Made by a program: the position numbers and the translations under genes. A model generated the notes under the pieces. The model was not told the origin of the DNA. It was given only the letters and a program-made list of their open reading frames with translations, and made no database searches. A stretch of 64,000 bases of DNA from an uncultured Actinomycetes bacterium (lineage in GTDB: Bacteria > Actinomycetota > Thermoleophilia > RBG-16-64-13): assembly GCA_963841735.1 (NCBI GenBank), contig CAWJDT010000001.1, positions 1,280,001 through 1,344,000 of the forward strand, written 5' to 3'. Each line of letters begins with the position of its first letter. The first letter of the stretch is position 1. Positions 59,695 to 64,000 of this stretch are shown here, piece after piece.

Positions 59695-60319
59695 GTGATG
59701 ATGGATACCACTTCTCTTGAGCGTCGCCGCCGACCAAGCGCGAGGCTTGTAACGCGCTGGGCCACGGCCATCCTGCTATGTGTGTCGGGGCTGGTCACGG
59801 CCCTCACCGGCATCTACTTCCTGTTTCTGCCCAACGGCGGCTACCAGGGGGGGCGCAACGCAGCCTACGCGACAACGCTGCTCTTCAGTAGAGGCACCTG
59901 GAGAGACCTTCACACCTGGACGGGCGTCACGATGCTGGCGCTGGCCGTTCCTGCATCTAGTGCTTCATCGCAAGTGGTTGGCCCAAATGGTGCGGCGCTC
60001 AGGGGCGGTTCTCACCGGACGTCGGAAACCTTGCCTGACGAGGGTCTGGCCTAGGGATATCGTGATTTGGAGTGTTACAGCCTCCTTTCTCGTGCTCACC
60101 GCTTCGTCGCTCTACTTCCTGTTTGCAGGGGGCGCTCACTCAGGCGGTGGCCTCGGCGGCTCCTCGCTCCTATTTGGCGGCTCCACATGGCATCTTCTGC
60201 ACACATGGGGAGCCATCGCCTTCATGGTCGCCATCGGCTCTCACCTGGCTTTGAGCTGGAAGCGGCTGGCGCGGGCGACACCCATAGTCTTTGGCGCCTC
60301 GTCTGCCAGAACGTCCTAG
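59695..60319 (+). CDS. Tandem DUF4405 membrane protein (putative heme b), frameshifted near 59950
   Basis: WRDLHTW...LHLVLHRKW and WHLLHTW...SHLALSW. Confidence 0.78.
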
Positions 60320-60409
60320 CAGAACGGCACAAAGGTGAGAACCGCACAATAGTGGGTATGCTTCTATTGTTCGGCAGCAACCAAGGCTTCAGAACGGAAG
60401 GGAACCGAG

Positions 60410-61580
60410 ATGAAACGTGCGGTCGTTCTGGGTGGAGGGATCGGCGGTGTCGAGGCCGCCATTGAGCTGAAGAAGAGGGGCTTGGAGGTCGAGCTGGTCT
60501 CCGACAGGGATTACCTCTTCGTCTATCCCCTCGCCATCTGGATCCCAACAGGGGAGCGGTCTGTCGATCGGGTGAGTATCGGACTCACCGATATCGCCAG
60601 GGCGCATGGGTTCAGCGTGACCATCGATGAGGTCGTCGGGGTGAGTGCCCGCGGACGTAGTTTCACCCTCAAGACCCGCGGCGAGCGCCAAGACTTCGAC
60701 TACCTGGTGCTGGCTCTCGGCGGAGCCAAGATGCCCCACAAGGGCAAGGAGCACACGCTCTCGATTTGCGGTGCGCCTGAGGAGAGCGTCCGGCTGCTCG
60801 AGCGACTCGACGCACTCATCGCTGTGGGCGGCGGCACGATCGCGGTCGGCTTCGGGGGCAATCCGAAGGACAGCAGCGCAGTGCGGGGCGGCCCGGGGTT
60901 CGAGTTTCTGTTCAACGTGCACCATCGGCTCGAAGAAGCTGGGAGTTCGCAGAGGCTTCGACCTCGTGTTCTTTGCGCCCATGCCTCAGCCCGGCATCCG
61001 CATGGGGGAGAAAGCGGTGCGCGCAATGGACCGCATGCTCGCATCCCTTGGCATCCGTTCCTATACAGGCAAGAAGATCAGTGAGTTCGTCGAAGGCGCA
61101 GTCATTCTCGAGGACGGGACCAGGCTCGACGCGGATCTCATCATGTTCATCCCCGCGGGAGATGGCCACGGTGTTATGAAGTCTTCAGACCTGCCGCTGA
61201 GCGACGCCGGTTTTGTCTTGATAGACCGGGCCTGCGAGGTGAAGGGGTATCCGTGGCTCTACGCCATCGGCGATATGGCCGCCTTGGAGGGGCCGGAGTG
61301 GAAGGCCAAGCAGGGCCATGTGGCCGAAGTGATGGCTCGGACTGCCGCGCGGGATATCGCCCAGAAGGAGGCCGGCCGCGAGCGGAGCGGGAGCTACGTC
61401 GATGAACTCTGCATCATCTGCGTTATGGACATGGGCAACGGCGCCGGATTCGTCTATCGGAACGAGAAGCGGGCGCTGTTTGTGCCGCTGCCCATCGTGG
61501 GGCATTGGCTGAAGAAGAGTTGGGGCACGTATTACCGGCTGCGCAAGCTAGGGAAAATGCCTCGTATCCCCGGCATGTGA
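60410..61580 (+). CDS. sqr: Sulfide:quinone oxidoreductase, type VI/SqrF-like, frameshifted near 60932
   Basis: GGGIGG, SICG, GGNPKDSSAVRGGPGFEFLF, YAIGD, KQGHVAE, CVMDMG. Confidence 0.82.
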
Positions 61581-61585
61581 AGTCG

Positions 61586-61971
61586 CTAGCAGCAGGCCCC
61601 GGCCTGACTGTCTGCGCCTTCGGTGGTGCTCTTGTTGTCCTTGAGCGCGCAGCCAATCGTCGCAGTCGCCGCCGCAGATCACTCTTCTCTTCGGCCGTCA
61701 CCGCCCGGGATAGCGCATCGACGATGGCCGCCTGCGCCCCAGACAAGCGGGATGAGACGCGGTAGTACATCCATAGCCCCTCTCGGCGGTCTTCCACCAG
61801 CCCAGCATGGTAGAGATAGCGCAAATGGCGAGAGGCTTTCGATTGGGTCAATCCCAGAGCCCCGACAAAATCGCAGACACAGAGCTCCTCTCGTTCGAGG
61901 AGTAGCGTCATTATCTGCAACCTTGTTTCGTCGGAGAGCGCTTTGAAGGTGTCGGCCAAGTGGTTCATCAT
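61586..61971 (-). CDS. arsR: ArsR/SmtB regulator with CVC and reconstructed C-terminal CC (two apparent indels near 61650)
   Basis: FKALSDETRL, ELCVCD, QSKASRHL, REGLWMYY; alternative frame ends QAGACC*. Confidence 0.85.
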
Positions 61972-62396
61972 GACACGCCTTCCGCGGGACTGGGCGTCTC
62001 GAGGATCTCGTCGACTGTCGACGCTATCGCGTCGGCTACCAGGCGCACAGCCTCGTCGTCCGCCGGACCGCGTGACCGCGACGACCGTTGACAGCCGGCA
62101 GCGCTCGTCCCAAGGATATCCCGCACGACCAGAGCGCGCGCCACCGGTCCGCCGTGCTTCTCGGTGCCCCATCTCGCGCATTGCTTGTCGCATCCGTCGA
62201 TGGTGATGGTGGGATGAGTGCGGGCGAAGTTACGTTCGCCCTCATTGCCCGCCAGGAACAGGGGTAGGCAGAGAGTGACTGTCTCGTGAGGTCTTAGGGA
62301 TTCCAGCACCCGGCGGACGGCATTGCGGGAAATGGTGCCCTCGGCTATTTCCTCACCGCTGCAGGAGATGATGCCCACCTTGGTGGTCTTGTTCAT
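61968..62396 (-). CDS. DGC-domain putative zinc-binding protein
   Basis: ISCSG, LCLP, TIDGCDKQCA. Confidence 0.85.
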   Translation of the reverse strand: MNKTTKVGIISCSGEEIAEGTISRNAVRRVLESLRPHETVTLCLPLFLAGNEGERNFARTHPTITIDGCDKQCARWGTEKHGGPVARALVVRDILGTSAAGCQRSSRSRGPADDEAVRLVADAIASTVDEILETPSPAEGVS

Positions 62397-62408
62397 TTCG
62401 TGCGGTCA

Positions 62409-62835
62409 TCACGCCACCTCTTCGCCGGCGCGGAGTCGAGCGGCCTCGTCGGCCACCGCTTCGGCGATCTCTCGACTGATAGTCCAGCCTTCCTCGGTGA
62501 GTTCTGTCCCGCTACCTGGCTGGACGCCCCGGCGAGCTGCTTAGGAATCGAGCGACCTGAAAGGCTTTTGCCACCTGGCCGCCCGCGATCTCGACGTTCT
62601 TCTGCGCGCAGGCCTTGCCACAACCGTCGATGGTTACGCAGGGGTGCGTCCGCACCTTGGCCAAAGTCTCTCCATCTTCTCTCACCAGCAGTGCCAAGCA
62701 GACCACGTCGGTTTCGGCCGGCGCAAGCTCGTCGGTGGCCAGATAGGCGGATTCCCGGCTGAGAAGCCCGTGGACTTTGCCGATGCCGCTGCACGGGATC
62801 ACCAGCACCTTGTCCGAGACTTCATTCATGTCCAT
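62409..62835 (-). CDS. DGC-domain protein, frameshifted near 62535
   Basis: IPCSGIG, VCLA, TIDGCGKACA; continues PGSGTELTEEGW...EEVA* in another frame. Confidence 0.82.
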
Positions 62836-62841
62836 GTGTCC

Positions 62842-63703
62842 TTAGTATTCGGCGGCTTTGTGCTCGACGTCGGCAGCGTATGCCGGACCGTCGACCAGTA
62901 GTTCGCGGTCCTCTTCCCAGGCGGTAAGCTGCAATTCGACGATCCAACTGCCATACGGGTCCTCATTGATCCATTCCGGGGCGTCGTCTACTGCCTGGTT
63001 GATGCGCACCACCGTACCGCTCACGGGCGACACCAGCTCGAAGGCGGCCTTGGCCGACTCGATGGTGCCCACCTCGCCGAACTGCTCGATGCTCGCGCCG
63101 ATCTCGGGCGGGTCCACGTAGGTGATATCAGTGAGCCGTTGCTGCAGGTAGTCGGAGATGCCTACCCGGGCCCTGGCTGCCGGCCACCCGCACCCAGACG
63201 TCGTTCGCGTTGAAGAAGTATCCGGTCAAGGGGATGCGGAACTCGTACTTGTCGTGGACCACCACCGCAAAATCCGAGGGCGTTTCGAACTCTGCCTCCG
63301 GCGGTGCTTCCCTCGCGTTCTCCGTGGTCGCGGGCACGCCGGTCTCGGACGCTTTGATGCCGTCGACTATGGTCCGGGCAAGCTCGAGAGCGTCAGTACC
63401 AAGGCGGAGCCCAGGTTCCAGCGCGCGGCCGGACTTCTTGACGGCGTCGGTCACCAGCACCTTTTGCGCCGGTTTGGCCTGGGCGGCCACGGCCAGCCTG
63501 GTGGCGCACTGGGTTGCGCATCCATCGACCACGATAAGCCGTTTCTCGGTGAGCGCCTTCTTGTAGCGCGCGGGAGTGCGGTTGAGCACCACCGGGCAGA
63601 TGATCTGCGCCCCCGTTTCTTCTGCCAGTATGATGGCCACTTCGCGGGCCACCGAACCCTCGGGCTTGTCGAGACCCGTGCAGGAGAGGACTGCGTAGCT
63701 CAT
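62842..63703 (-). CDS. DGC domain fused to a glycine-cleavage-H-like lipoyl domain, frameshifted near 63170
   Basis: SCTG, ICP, VDGCATQCA; then YFFNANDVWVRV / ARVGISDY, IESAKAA, SPVSG, INEDPYGSW. Confidence 0.82.
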
Positions 63704-63990
63704 TGCCCACCATCCTCGGTGAGCGACTCGTCGGCCGCGGTTCGCAGCTGCTTGATGATAGCCACGGTCTCGGGCTTATCGGGAAACGAAAGCGCGTCGG
63801 GGCCGCAGGTCTTGGAGCACGCCCGGCAGAAGACCACACAATTGTGGGGATTGGCTACTACAAGCTTGGTGTCGCCCTCTCGGCGTTCGAAGACCCGGTG
63901 CGGGCAGAACTCGTCGCACTCCATGCAGAAATCGCACTTGTCGTAGTCGATGGTGGGCGCCCACGGGATCCTGCTGCGCGGCACCCCCAT
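63700..63990 (-). CDS. 2x[4Fe-4S] ferredoxin (may begin beyond the window)
   Basis: IPWAPTIDYDKCDFCMECDEFCP; NPHNCVVFCRACSKTC. Confidence 0.9.
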   Translation of the reverse strand: MGVPRSRIPWAPTIDYDKCDFCMECDEFCPHRVFERREGDTKLVVANPHNCVVFCRACSKTCGPDALSFPDKPETVAIIKQLRTAADESLTEDGGQ

Positions 63991-64000
63991 GAAGGTGGTC

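Overview
GC-rich chromosomal segment from an anaerobic bacterium. Cell-wall-binding-2 repeats, Thr-rich lipoprotein linkers and apparent leaderless genes suggest a deep Actinomycetota lineage such as Thermoleophilia (inference). Left part: CWB2 surface protein, M29-like peptidase, nitroreductase, a NarL-type two-component pair, a TRAP transporter, MFS efflux, PadR, a polysaccharide deacetylase and a cyclic beta-1,2-glucan synthase. Middle: a pyrogallol-transhydroxylase-like molybdoenzyme and a carbonyl-branch Wood-Ljungdahl operon (cooS-acsB-acsD-acsC-acsV-cooC-acsE-cooT) with unusual nickel accessory genes and a HydCB/NuoEF module lacking a catalytic subunit. A second such module lies in one apparent operon with a stand-alone FMN glutamate-synthase domain, opposite nrpR. 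Right part: a Cys-less thiolase/DUF35 pair, a threonine dehydratase and a sulfur/metalloid island (OmpR pair, rhodanese, SQR, DUF4405, cytochrome c, ArsR, three DGC proteins with one fused to a lipoyl H-protein, ferredoxin). Highlights: a candidate selenoprotein with a GGUCU-loop SECIS, two promoters with identical 4 x 11-bp repeat geometry that define a regulon, and the NrpR-linked glutamate synthase module. About a dozen single-base frameshifts look like long-read errors. No rRNA, tRNA, CRISPR array or transposase was seen. All family calls are from motif recognition, not database searches.
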